Assembly: GCA_965644495.1 (NCBI GenBank)
Contig: CBFFSA010000009.1
Location: forward strand, 682,001-746,000
From: Perkinsela sp. CCAP 1560/9
Taxonomy: Eukaryota > Protista > Euglenozoa: Kinetoplastea
DNA: 64,000 nt
Direction: 5' to 3'
The first letter of the stretch is position 1. Each line of letters opens with the position of its first letter. Under the pieces are notes generated by a model, which was given only the letters and a program-made list of their open reading frames with translations, was not told the origin of the DNA and did not search any database. Both the position numbers and the translations under genes were made by a program. Of this stretch, positions 34,953 to 46,958 are shown piece by piece.

Positions 34953-35285
34953 TGGTTGAGGAACCGCCTGCAGGCCGGGTGAGGCGAAGCTGAGGGAGAC
35001 CTTACCCTCCCTGAAAAGTTGAAAAGTCGGGTGGGGGAAAGTAGGAAAGTGGGGAGAAAGGTGGGAAAAGTAGGGAGAAAGGTGGGAAAAGTATGTCAAG
35101 AGGTGAGAAAGTGAGAGAGAAAGAGGAGAAAGAGAGAGAAAAACAATCTTATAGTCATAAGTTCGAAACGTCGATATAAACATTAGAATCAATACTACTC
35201 CCCCCAATTATTCGCAAAAAAAAACATATCTTTAACGATAAAAAAAACAATATCTTTAAAAAACAATATCTTTAAAAAAAACATA

Positions 35286-36074
35286 CAGTGGTTTCAGTTG
35301 ATCTTGCCCCCCCTCGGAATTTTGATTTTTTTTATCCATTTTTGCTCATCTTTTCAGCATTGGAGAGATCTCGTTCCCCTAGCGAAGAGCTTTGCCGCCT
35401 TTTTTTCATAGAGACCCCCTGGTGCCCCCTGGGTCCGAAAAACACTGTTTTTTTTGGACGTTTTCTGTGTACACAACCATTTTTTGTCACATTTTCTCGA
35501 TTTTTTGTACATTTTGAACATGTAAGTACGAGTAATAGTGTTCTAAATTGATAATTTGAAAGCTCTATGTCTATTACCATCCCTATCGCCTAATTTAATA
35601 TAGTCAACACCTCTACATTATGCAGACCAGACCCTCTAACCCCAAACAGGGGGAGTACGTACAAGGATGGAATGACAAAAGAGAAGACAATCCCCCAATA
35701 GCTTTTCGGATTCTAAAACGTCCTCAAGAAAAAAGTAAAGTGTGCAACACAATTGATTCAGTCCCTAATAGACTTCAAAAAATGTTGCAAAACAATGGAG
35801 GCCATTCCGGATACTAGTTCTTTTCCTTCAGAGTTAACTTTTGGACATAAAATCCGTTTTTCGTTCCATTTTTGATACGGTAAAAAAATGCCATTTTTTT
35901 TTATTTTGGTCAACTTTCGGGTCACCCAGGGGGTGCCAGGGGGTCTCTATGAAAAAAAGGCGGCAAAGCTCTTCGCTAGGGGAACGAGATCTCTCCAATG
36001 CTGCAAAGATGAGCAAAAATGGATAAAAAAAATCAAAATTCCGAGGGGGGGGGCAAGATCAACTGAAACCACTG
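35286..36074. mobile_element. MITE (Tc1/mariner-type) with ~150 bp TIRs and TA TSD
   Basis: TA|CAGTGGTTTCAGTTGATC ... GATCAACTGAAACCACTG|TA. No transposase. Inserted in ACATA^TCTTTAACG just upstream of an SL. Confidence 0.92.
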
Positions 36075-36080
36075 TATCTT

Positions 36081-38999
36081 TAACGAGAAAGATGCAGTTT
36101 CTGTACCTTGTTGAATTATTTCTCTTTTCCTTCCTATTGACTTTACATACACCAATGAATGACCCTCGATCAGGGGGGAAGCTCTGGTGTTGTCACTGTG
36201 GCACACGTTTTGTCCCACAGAGCCCCTCCCATCGCTTTTGCGCGAATTGCTCATCCAAATGCGTGTCCCCTCCCACACAACCTACTATCAGGTCGTACCC
36301 TCCGCACAAGGCTTTCGCACCGAAATCACTTTCCTCCCCTCCCGACGCCCGCAAGAAATCCTGTGTGGGCTGCTCCGCCCCTTTTTACCCAGCGAGACCG
36401 TACTTCCGGTGGTGCGAGTCTTGCTCGGTATCACAATCGAACGCTTCGTCAGAATCCAAAACATGCGAAGTCTGCTCCTCCTCCTTTACCCCCGCGCGCC
36501 ATTACTTTAGACGCTGCGACGAGTGTGACTTGCTACTCCCGCAGAAACGCACCATTGCTTCATCGTCGAAGCCCCGTCGTATCACCGCCTCCGCGAATCA
36601 CATCCGTAGTGTGACCTCAAAACTTTCGCCGCAGTCCACCGCCCCCTCCAAGGGAACTTATCGGTGCACATATGCTCAAGCACTCGAGTCACATTTTGGC
36701 GAACGTCCGAAGCCCTCTTTCGCTCCAATGGGCCCAAATACAAGCGCGCCCAAAGTGGAGCGACACCGCGCACTTACTCTCGATGAGCGCTTCTCATTAA
36801 TTGAAAAGGCTCAGAAGGAGTCTCGGCCCCAGGTTATGAAAAGAACTCGGACGCCTAATGATGGATTCCTGGCCTATATAGAAGCATGCTCGGAAGCACA
36901 CGAGTTCTCCTCAGCCGTGGCACAGCTGCTTGCCCAGGAGGAATTGTCCCGACACAAGATTTACGTCGCTAATTTACAGGTCATAAAACAGTACCACATC
37001 GCCTTGACCCGTAAACTATCCATCACGAAGCTGGGGCACGTATGCTCCACATGCAGCAAACAATTCATGGACGCTTCACTCCTCCACGAACACCAGAAAA
37101 CCCATCTTGAACATGACATTAAAAAGGCCTTCCGATTAGCTTTGGAAGAGAGAGAGAAGACCCTCTTAGAAGAAAGTAAAGCCTTTGAGACCGTCCTGTT
37201 GCCCATGGCCCGGTACTCGGGCGAATCTGCCTCACGACAGCCCCGATCGAGAAATTTCCGATATCCCCATAGAGGAGTGGATGGACGACGACGACGACGA
37301 CAACGAGCGGGAACCGGGAGACACTAGTATAGATGTACCCCTGTGCTTTTCCCCGGACTCCGCTGCAAGTATACAGATAAAACAAATATCTCCCAGCCAT
37401 TCCCTACAATTCGTCCGCGACAGGGTCGCTTTGAACACCGGTCTGCGCAACGAACTCGTGACCCTCTACGAAACTCACTCCGGAAACAGCTTTGACCTAG
37501 ACTGTGCCATTGGACAACTTCCCGCCGGTACCTCTGTGAGCGCAGCACTTCAATGCGCTTCCCAACCTAGCATGATCCCTGGCCACAGGACCGCAGTCTT
37601 TAGCCATCCCACGGGACGCACTCTTATCGTCATCCCCAAGACCACACCCCCCGACCGGTATCCCTTCGCCCTTTGCAACCAAATCGGGATCGACACGGAA
37701 TTTGCCTCTGCCTGGAGAGAGGTTCCCTCCCCGGACGGCCCGCTTTGGTGTTACGCCCCAGCCGAAGGCCTGATTGCCAAATCTGGATGGAGTAAAACGC
37801 AGATAGACATCGGTCTTATGCGAGGGGGGGTGGAGTGGAACCTGGGCCCTCGAAACCCTTGTCCACACTTGTTCAGATTTAAATTTTCTCCGAAAACACA
37901 GAACACGTTGCTCCCCCAAGCGCTACGCAACCCAATTTCCTTTTTTCCCTCCTCGTCGCTCTCCTCCGAAACGGGATGGAGCCGAATGTGCATGAAAACC
38001 GAAGTTTTTCGGGGCGGGGTGGAACAAAACCCAGGACCAGCACTGGATCGCTGGTGGTTGGGGGCCGATGTGTACCACGAATCCCGGCCATGCCCCATGG
38101 ACAAATGTCCTCAGCCCCTGGGAACGGATGGGAGTCACGCACTTGTCTGCAAGAGCGGTTACGGGTTAATTTCCCGTCACAACGCGCTTGCGGAACATTT
38201 CTGCGACGTGTGCAACAAGGCACACCTCGCCCCACAGCGAGAAAAAAGCCTGGGGAACTACAGCCCGGTTGGCGGCCTTACCAGGCCCGCGGACATTTTC
38301 CTGCCGAACTTTGGCTTGGCGACCTCTCTGGTGTTAGACTTCTGTGTGACACACGTTCAGCAGACCAATTATACGGACATGGTCCGAGGTGCTAACGTGG
38401 GAAAAGCAGGATGTTTCGCCGAGAGGTACGCCTCCGAGCACAAAAGTTCGGAGCGTCTGGAGGCGGAGTCCGCGGGGCACAAATTCACCGCAATGGCGGT
38501 GGAGTCTAACTAGTATACTATAGTATAGTATACTATAGAGTCTAACTAGTATACTATAGTATAGTATACTATAGTATACTAGTTAGACTCCACCGCCATT
38601 GCGGTGAATTTGTGCCCCGCGGACTCCGCCTCCGAAGGATCCGAAGGACCTTCGGATCCTGGTCCGACAGTGCCATGGGCATCTTGCGCCAGGTGGCCGA
38701 ACGTCGCTCTGCAGCATCCCAGGGAATCCTCTCTTGCTCTAAAGCTTCCTTTCGGCTCCTGACCGAAATGAACGTCACGTTGATGAGGGCCCAGGCGCGC
38801 ATGCTAGTTAATCGCATGCCCGCGGAAGATTTGTATCCGCCATTACGCACGTAATGGCGAGGAAAATAGGGAAAGTTCGAAGTTGAACGTTGTAATACTC
38901 TAGGATAAAAAAAACAAGGAGGGGGGTTAAGGTTAAAAAATATAGAGGCAATGCCGCGATTCATACTTCTCCCCCCTTATCAATTGCAAAAAAAAAAAA
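36081..38999 (+). mobile_element. CRE family A copy 2 (ZnF, UBL-like, 2A-2A, RLE; no RT)
   Basis: SL 36081-36113, ATG 36155, three CxxC-x13-CxxC units and one C2H2, frameshift ~37200. GGVEWNLGP and GGVEQNPGP, RLE to 38854, poly(A). Confidence 0.88.
38459..38660. repeat. Fold-back inverted duplication with (TAGTATAC)-type palindromic filler
   Basis: 38459-38525 is mirrored at ~38567-38633. A second palindrome, GGATCCGAAGG-A-CCTTCGGATCC, follows. Confidence 0.9.
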
Positions 39000-39574
39000 C
39001 AGCTGCAGGTTTTTGTGGGCTAACATCTTGACCCGAACTCTAACATGCGCTGTACGCGAAAACACGATACAGGCGTGGACACTCCTAGCAATGCTTCCAA
39101 AGTGCGCTCTACCGGCGCCTTACCGAGGCGGACGTAAAGGACACATATCATACGCCTCACATGTAGAGAAATGCATGGAGCTCTGGATCGATGGAGATTA
39201 CCTTGTTTTTTGGGAACAGGCTCTGAAGGACCAAGCGAAAAAACGCTCTAGGACTAGTGGCCTGCCGGAGAAAAAGAAGGATGGCTCATGAAGACGAAAA
39301 GAGTCAGAAAAAAAAATAAAAGGCATATTTGTGCTTTTTGGAAAGAGCTCTTGCTTGGAAAACTATAGAGAACAATAACACATATAATAAAACACACTTA
39401 ATAAAACGTCATTTTTTCCAAAAACATGAATGTTCTATGTGATTTCACTACTCATGAAAACTATTTACTAGGCCGGTATATGTGGATTCTATCCGAAAGT
39501 AACGTTCAGAAAGGATAACCTATAGTAGATATGCCCATCTTATATAAATTCGTGCTCTGTGTAGTGCGAAAAAG

Positions 39575-41285
39575 TCACCCGGAATGGAGCGCATAACTAG
39601 TATGGAATTTTTTCCCCAATCTGTTGATGCAACAATGCAGTCTTTTCTTGAAAGATGCATGCACAGTTTTCGCGAAGTCTTTAGCCTCACCTGAGTCCAA
39701 GTATTCTTCTACAGCACGCTTAATTTCAACTGCTGTTTGCGGAATTCTTTTATTTTTCGCCTTTTTCGCTTCGCTCCACAAATTCTCAATTGGATTGAGA
39801 TCGGGTGAATCGGCTGGCCCCTTTGGAAGTGTTTCTCCGTTCTGCATTTTTCTATGACGAAGATCGGCGCAAACTAAATCACGCTCGGCGTGCGACAGCC
39901 ACCATTTTCGTGTCTTCTTGCTTGTGTGGCCGGGCGCGCCGTCATCCATGTACACTGCATCTTTGTGAAGAGAAGCGTACGGGATCCACTTTGTATCAAG
40001 AATTTGTTTTCGGTAGTACAGGCTTCCCAGTTTTAATTGGTCTGGGGGAGTCTCGCGCTTCTCACCCAGTTCCAATAATCGAGTTGCTTCTCGAGCGTAA
40101 AACTCGGTAAAATTGTCACACCAATGATAGAGGATATTGCCTTCCTTATCAATGGCACCCCACAGCATAACCTTTTTGTTTTTATTGGGTAATGCGTTCG
40201 ACTCATTGGAACGCGATCTGTGGGGCTCTGCCAACTTTTTCGTGACGTGTCACCCTCTTGGAAATAAGTCTCGTCGGAGAAAACAATATTTGAGAATAGA
40301 ATTTCATCCGAGGCTACACTTTCTTCCAGTAGTAGTTTGCCAAAGTGAACTCGTGCCTCCCGCTTCTGGTCGTTAGTTGAAGGGTATTTTCCTTTGTAGA
40401 GTAGGAATAATTGAAGTAATACAAAATGTCGCGAACTCGGTTGTTGGAAAAAGAAATACGCCCTTCAGTATGCTTCTCGAGAGCTCGACGAATTACTGTT
40501 ACTGAACGATAAGGAAGACTTGCAATAACTGTGGGAACAATTTCTTTCACATGGTCGAAGTGCTCCCATGTGAAAAGCGATGTCCTCACTGTTTTCATCT
40601 GAGTCAAGCGTTGGTCTACATGCGATTCACAGTTAAGTAAACGTGAGCATGTCCCACTTGAGATAGAAAACATATAACAAAGATCAGCCTGAGAGAAAAT
40701 TCCTGTTTCGTAAACACCTTTTAGTAGGTATAAATCTGATTCTGAGAGAGCGCCTTTTTGACGCTTGAACCGTTTCAAAAGTTTTCTTCTTTGATTGCGC
40801 ACTGTTTTAGGCCGACCTCCCCTTTTCCCGTCGCTTGTAGTTTGCTGTGTGCTCTGATCTAAAAGGGACCGCAACTCATGTAAAATTTTTATGTTTTCCT
40901 TCTGTTCCTTAGTAAGAGCTTCGCAGCTGTGACGCAAGTGTCTACATTCAGTTTTCGTTTCCACGTATGCCTTTTCTATGAGTGCAGATCTTATTTCAGC
41001 CTCTCGAGAAGCCGCTCGCAATTCTTCCCGCTCTTTGACGAAGGAAATATCAGCAGACTCAAGTCTTCTCAGTTTCTGTTTGCACGAACGAAGATCAGTC
41101 CGTGCACGTTTTAAGGCCCGGTGCTGAGCGGTCACTTTCCTTTTTAGTGAACGCAGTTCGAGAACGTTAGGATCTGATCTATATGTAGGGCGTTGGAATT
41201 TCGGAATCTGTAGGGCCAAGTGCGTGAGAGATAATCGGAGTGGCAATTTCAACAGGAAGAACCGCGTCCCGGAGCTCTTCCACAT
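39575..41285 (-). pseudogene. Tc1/IS630-family transposase, split
   Basis: VMLWGAID, MDDGAPGHTSK, SPDLNPIENLW in 39575-40234. Upstream coiled-coil/HTH-like ORF 40314-41285. No TIRs found. Confidence 0.8.
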
Positions 41286-41494
41286 TGTCCAATACTTGAG
41301 CGTCGTAACTTACAGACGCTTCCGGCTCTACAGTAGCAGAATCAAACGACGCTGTTGAATCGAAAGACTGGATTGATAAGGGTGAAGAGCAAGGAGACGC
41401 TTCTGGCTCAAGAACAGATTTATTTATCCCCTCCAGCCTGTAAGCAGCAATTAGAGCCGAACTCCTGACTCGTCAGGGCGAATATTCCAGGGGA

Positions 41495-43990
41495 ATGGCC
41501 GCCCTAGCTGCAGCACCAATGGCCCCGGACAATGAGGAGACCCTTGCGAAACTCGTAGAAAAACATACAGAACCACACGAAAACCCCACTACGCAGGAAA
41601 TACCACTGATCGAGGATCCCCCTTTACGCCTGGAGGAAGCAGAGGTAAGGAAAGCGATCGACAGCTTTCACAGAGGGTCATCAGCCGGAACAATGGGCCT
41701 GCGACCGGAACACATTCAAGCAGCTATTCGGGAACACGCCGATAAGGATCTGACTCCTCTCTCAGCACTCACTCGCCTGGCAAATCATTTATTGGAAGGA
41801 AATGCGCCCCTCGAAGCACAAATGTTCTACGCTGGAGCCCGGCTTTGTGCTCTGGAGAAAGGGGAAAATGAGGTGCGACCGATAGCGGCAGGTGAAACCC
41901 TACGACGGATGGTTAGCAAGGCAGCTTGCTTCGCAGTCAAGGAAAAGGTCGGAGAGCTATTTCGAGGGCACCAATATGGCGTCGCTTTTTCAGCGGGAGC
42001 CGAAAGAGTTATTCACCTATGTAGAAAAAACATGCTAAACAACCTAGGGAGTGATAACCTCGCGTTCTGTAAGATGGACCTGCGAAACGCATTTAACAAC
42101 GTAAGTCGACCTGTTTTCATTCTGCTCACGCGCATATACTTTCCAGAGTTATCGCCATGGGTAGAATGGTGCTACTCACACCCGAGCGTTCTCACCTACG
42201 GAAATCACTTCATATCATCTGCGGAAGGTGTACAACAGGGCAACCCCCTAGGTCCACTCTTATTCTCCCTAGTCCTCTCGAACGTCACCGAAGAAATACC
42301 ATCACGGGCTAACCTCGACTCGCAGCTCTGGTATTTGGATGGCGGGATCCTTATGGGGGAGGCGGGTGAAGTCAGAAAGGCATTGGACGTGTTTTCTGAG
42401 TTTGGCCCTAAATGTGGTTTGTTCTTAAATCCAAAAAAGTGTGAAATCATAACACCGCCACCCTCAGCCCATGTCACTGAACAATTCCCTGAAATCCCAG
42501 CGGAGAAAATCCATGTTGACGGAAACTTTGATATCCTCGGAAGTCCGATTGGATCTGCAGAGCATTGCGCGGAATTCCTTCTCTTAAACGCAATAGAACC
42601 AGCACTTGAGACCCTTGCCGCTGTCGGATTAATAAGAGACCCTCAAGTCGCTATGGCCTTAATTCGCCAGTGCACGGGCTTTTGCCAAATGGTCTGTGCC
42701 CTTCGAACTACGCCTCCGCAAGCCCTCTCCCACCTGTGCGGTCTTCTCGACGAGAGCGTCCTCACTGCTGTAGAGCTCGCACTCTTTCCTTTGGACCCGC
42801 AAGCACGTGACCAAATTCAACGTCGGAAACGCCACGGGGGCTTTGGTCCCAGATCTGCCTCTCTCCACGCAACATCGGCTTATGTTGCTTCTGTAGCACA
42901 CGCTGCCGACGAGGATAACTGGGACCCTACAGACGCCGAAGGTTTCGCCGCCTCGGCGCAGGACGTCAACAACAAAATAGGAGTGACCCTTGTGGACCCC
43001 AGCACAGGTCGCATACCCAAACAAAACCCGCGACCGGACTCCGGCTCACAACGCATCTCATCCCCAAACAGGAAACGTCGAAGACAAATGCTACGCAGCA
43101 TGGCGGTAGACGGCTCCACGGAACCGGAACTGGTGATTCCCAAGCAACAGCAATTGAGTCAGGCAATTGCCGAACAGGAAATGCTCACAGAATACGAAAA
43201 GGCGGACCCTCGTACACGGGCAAGGTGGGTGTCTCAGTCGGGAAAAGGGGCCGGGAACTGGGTCTTCGTAACTCCCTCGAGAAGCAGAGGTTTTGCTTTC
43301 TCACCCACCGAGTTCCGAACGTTATCACGCTGGTGGTTGGGAATGGGTATTTACCCAGAGGTTAGTCCTTGTCCGGCAAAAGGATGCACGTTACCCCTTC
43401 AGAGAAACGGAGAACACGCGCTTTGTTGTAAAAGCGGTCATGGCCTGATCACCAGACACAACGCCTTTTGCGATCAGTTTTCTTCTTTCTGCAGCAAGGC
43501 AGACATGGCTCCCCAGAGGGAAAAAAGCTTGGGAAACCGAGGCCCAGGAGGTGCCCTCACCAGACCCGGTGACGTCTTTATTCCCAACTACGCCCTCGGA
43601 AATGGTATGGTGTTGGGCTTTGCAGTCACCCATGCCCAGCAAATAAAGTATTTGGACTCCGTCCGTACTGCTAGCTGGGTGGCTGCAGGATCCTTCGCTG
43701 ACCATTTTTCCGAATCTAAGAAGAAACAACGCCAGGAAGCGGAGGAGGCCCGGTTACTTTTCACTGCCATGATCGTTGAGTCCTTTGGTTCGTGGAGCAG
43801 TAGCGCAATGTCGGTCCTGTGGAAGGTCGGAGCGCAGCGCGCAAAAGCGTCGAAAGGTCTGCTCACTGAAACAAAAGCTCGGAATGACTTGCTCAACGAG
43901 CTCAATATCACACTCATGCGATCCCAGGCGAGGATGATGGTCTCTCACATGACGGTAAGCGATCCCAACACGCCCCTAGAAGGGCAGTAA
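41495..43990 (+). pseudogene. CRE RT-RLE ORF remnant (831 aa)
   Basis: VRPIAAGE, MDLRNAFN, WYLDG (catalytic D lost), RHNAF, RPGDVF, VESFGSW. Confidence 0.85.
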
Positions 43991-44039
43991 GGCCATCCGG
44001 GCTCAGAACTCCTGAGCGAGACGCCATGGTATCCAGGAC

Positions 44040-44269
44040 GGGTGCTGGTCGGGCCGACAGAGTCTATGCTCACGCCTAGTCCGTCAGGGCTAGGTACCCC
44101 AAGTGAGGTAGTACACGGGTAGTGAATCTCCTCCCCGTCGGCCAGCATCCTGTTTCGCGACCGTGTCGCTGTCGACACAGGCCCGCGCCTGCGCCCTCCT
44201 GTATAACAAGGGAAGGGTTCACAAGTCAGGCCGTGGAGAGGTCGAAAGACCCGGTCCGGAACGCGCGAA
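44040..44269 (+). ncRNA. Structured 3' element, copy 3 (variant GTCA)
   Basis: Same hairpin variant and downstream tail as copy 2. Confidence 0.7.
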
Positions 44270-44519
44270 TGGTTGAGGAGCCACCTGCAGGCCGGGTGAA
44301 ACGAAGCTGAGGGAGACCTTACCCTCCCTGAAAAGTTGAAAAGTTGGGTAGGGGAAAGTAGGAAAGTAAGTAGAAAGGTGGTAAAAGTATGTCAAGAGGT
44401 GAGAAAGTGAGAGAGAAAGAGGAGAAAGAGAGAAAAAAAATATTCTTTATTTGCATAAAAACAAAGTAAATTTGCTAATTTGAGCGGGGGGTGAAAATAT
44501 AAAAAAAAAAGACCTACAA

Positions 44520-46360
44520 GTCGCCATCGCCCTAATTCGCCAATGCACAGGTTTTTGTCAAATGGTGTACGCACTCCGCACCACACCCCCTCAGGCTCTT
44601 TCCCAGCTTTGTAGTATACTTGATGAAAACGTTTTAACAGCCGTGGAGTGGGCACTTTTTCCCCTGGAACCCCACGCACGAGACCAAATCCAACGCAGGA
44701 AGCGTCATGGAGGTTTCGGCCTAAGGTCTTCGACACTTCATGCATTGGCCGCTTACGTTTCTTCCGATGCGCACGCCGCCGATATGGATGACTGGGACCC
44801 TACAGAGGCTGACGGATTTACTGCCTCGGTAAAAGATGTAAACAGTAAGGCAGGAGTAGCTCTAGTGGACCCTAGTACGGGGCGCACACCCAAGCAGAAC
44901 AAGTCACACCATGACTCAGTCCAACGTCACAATTTCCTCTCGAAAACGCCCACGGTGTACGCTCAACAAAATGGAGGCAGACAGGGCGACAGAGCCGGAG
45001 ATGGTCATCCCCCGGCAGCAACAGCTCAGCCAGGCTATCTCCCAACAGGAATTCACCACAGCCTACGGGCAGGCCGACCCCCGCACGCGCGCACGATGGG
45101 TCTCGCAGTCGGGGAAGGGAGCTGACAGCTGGGCTTTTGTCGCGCCCTCTAGGAACAAGGGATACGCTTTCACACCCACCGAGTTCCGCACGCTATCACG
45201 CTGGTGGCTAGGCTCCGATATTTACCAACAAGATCGACCTTGTCCCGCAAAAGGATGCGCATTACCCCTGCAGAGAGATGGGGAACATGCCTTGCTATGC
45301 AAGAACGGGCACGGCCTCATCACCAGGCATAACGCGGTGTGCGAACAATTCGCCTCATTTTGCAGGAAAGCCGACATGGCACCACAAAGGGAAAAAAGCT
45401 TGGGCAATCGGGGACCTGGAAGGGGTCTCACCAGGCCCTCCGACGTGTTCATACCCAACTTCACCCTGGGAAATGGTATGGTGTTAGACTTCGCCCACGC
45501 ACAGCAACTAAAGTATTTGGACTCCGTCCGAAATGCTAGCTGGGTGGCTGCGGGGTCTTTCGCTGAACATTACTCAACAACAAAGAATACTCAACTTCAG
45601 GAAGCGGAAAAGGAAAAATTACTCTTCACCGTCATGGTGGTTGAGTCCTTTGGATCGTGGAGCAAAAGTGCTCTAGCAGTCTTGTGGAAGGTGGGGGCGC
45701 TACGCGCCAGTGCGTCTAATGGTCTTCTTACTGACACACAGGCTCGAAATGAACTCTTAAAAGAGTTGAACGTGACGCTCATGCGCTCACAGGCCCGAAT
45801 GATGGTCTCCAGGATGGTCGTAAGTGACCCCAACGCCCCCTTGGAAGGGGCCTCGCTCTCATGAGCGAGGTTCTCCAATGTGATCCCGGATGCTGGTCGA
45901 GTCGACAGAGTCTATGCTCACGCCTAGCTCGAAAGGGCTAGGTACCCCAAGTTAGATAGTACACGGGTAGTGAATCTCCTCCCCGTCGGCCAGCATCCCG
46001 TTTCGCGACCGTGTCGCTGTCGACACAGGCCCGCGTCTGCACCCTCCCATTTAGCAAGGGAAGGGTTCACAAGTCAGGCCGTGGAGAGGTCGAAAGACCC
46101 GGTCCGGAACGCGCGAATGGATTGGGTCTGGATTGCTTGTTTTTATTGTTATTATTGTTATTATTGTTCTTATACTTACGGGAGATCGAATTGCTAGTTT
46201 TGGGCAAAACTCCAAAATATGAAATTGCTAATTTGATTGCTTGTTTTAAAATCGTATACCCCCACCAATGGACCTACTTGGTTCGTCTACTGTGTAAAAA
46301 TATAGAGGCAATGCCGCGTTTTATACTTCTCCCCCCCTATTTATTGCAAAAAAAAAGAAA
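44520..46360 (+). mobile_element. 5'-truncated CRE family C copy (RLE end)
   Basis: ORFs 44562-45125 and 44911-45864 are closely similar to the end of 41495-43990. A tail follows. Confidence 0.85.
45888..46117 (+). ncRNA. Structured 3' element, copy 4 (variant GAAA)
   Basis: Same hairpin variant and downstream tail as copy 1. Confidence 0.7.
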
Positions 46361-46958
46361 GAGGAGAAAGAGAGAAAAAAAAATTCTTTATTTTCATAAA
46401 AACAAAGTAAAATTGCTAATTTGATTTGATAAAATTTGCTAATTTGAGCGGGGGGTGAAAATATAATAATTAAAAAAAAAACTTAACGATAACACTTAAA
46501 AAAAAAGAAAAAAAAACAAGGAGGGGGGGTAAGGTTATAAAAATGGTGTTTGGGCAGTGTACATAATGAACCAGCGAAAGGGACAGTTCAGTGACTTGCG
46601 AAAGGGTGGTCCCCGCGTGGACACCCGTTCGCGTTAGGAAGAGAGATCTCTTGGTGAAGGTGAATATTTGAATTTGTGTTTTACAAGGATTGATGTTATC
46701 AGGATATACGGAAGCAAGGCATATAATTCGGGAGTGTGATTCATTACGGAAGATCAAAGTATATTTATTTATCTCTTGGGTTTATATTGTTTACGAGAGT
46801 CTGATATTTTATGTTCCTCGAAGTGCAATTCAACATGGAATTTATCTCCAGAACAATTTAAGAAGATAAATCACTTCTATATAAAAATTATTCTCTCAAC
46901 GCTTCTACAGGGCCAGACCTTGTTATCTACTGGGCTTCCGGAGAAAAATTCTATGACC

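Larger units (their letters stand above)
30486..35225 (+). mobile_element. Full-length CRE family B retrotransposon
   Basis: SL 30486-30518, 34-nt pyrimidine-rich leader, single 1341-aa ORF, structured 3' RNA, A tail followed by SL 5' fragments. Confidence 0.92.
39000..44440 (+). mobile_element. 5'-truncated CRE family C copy, interrupted by a Tc1/IS630 fragment
   Basis: Pre-RT piece 39013-39258. Resumes ~41440 into ORF 41495-43990 (RT with YLDG/QGNP substitutions, RLE). Structured 3' RNA follows. Confidence 0.85.

Noticed and set aside
34805-34993. Recurrent small ORF MNLLPVGQHP... (also 44122, 45970)
   Set aside because: GTG start, variable C-terminus and a stop (TAG) in the 29798 copy. 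Conservation is better explained at the RNA level.
35888-36154. N-terminal extension of ORF 35888-37327
   Set aside because: It reads through the MITE TIR and the SL. The real start is the ATG at 36155.
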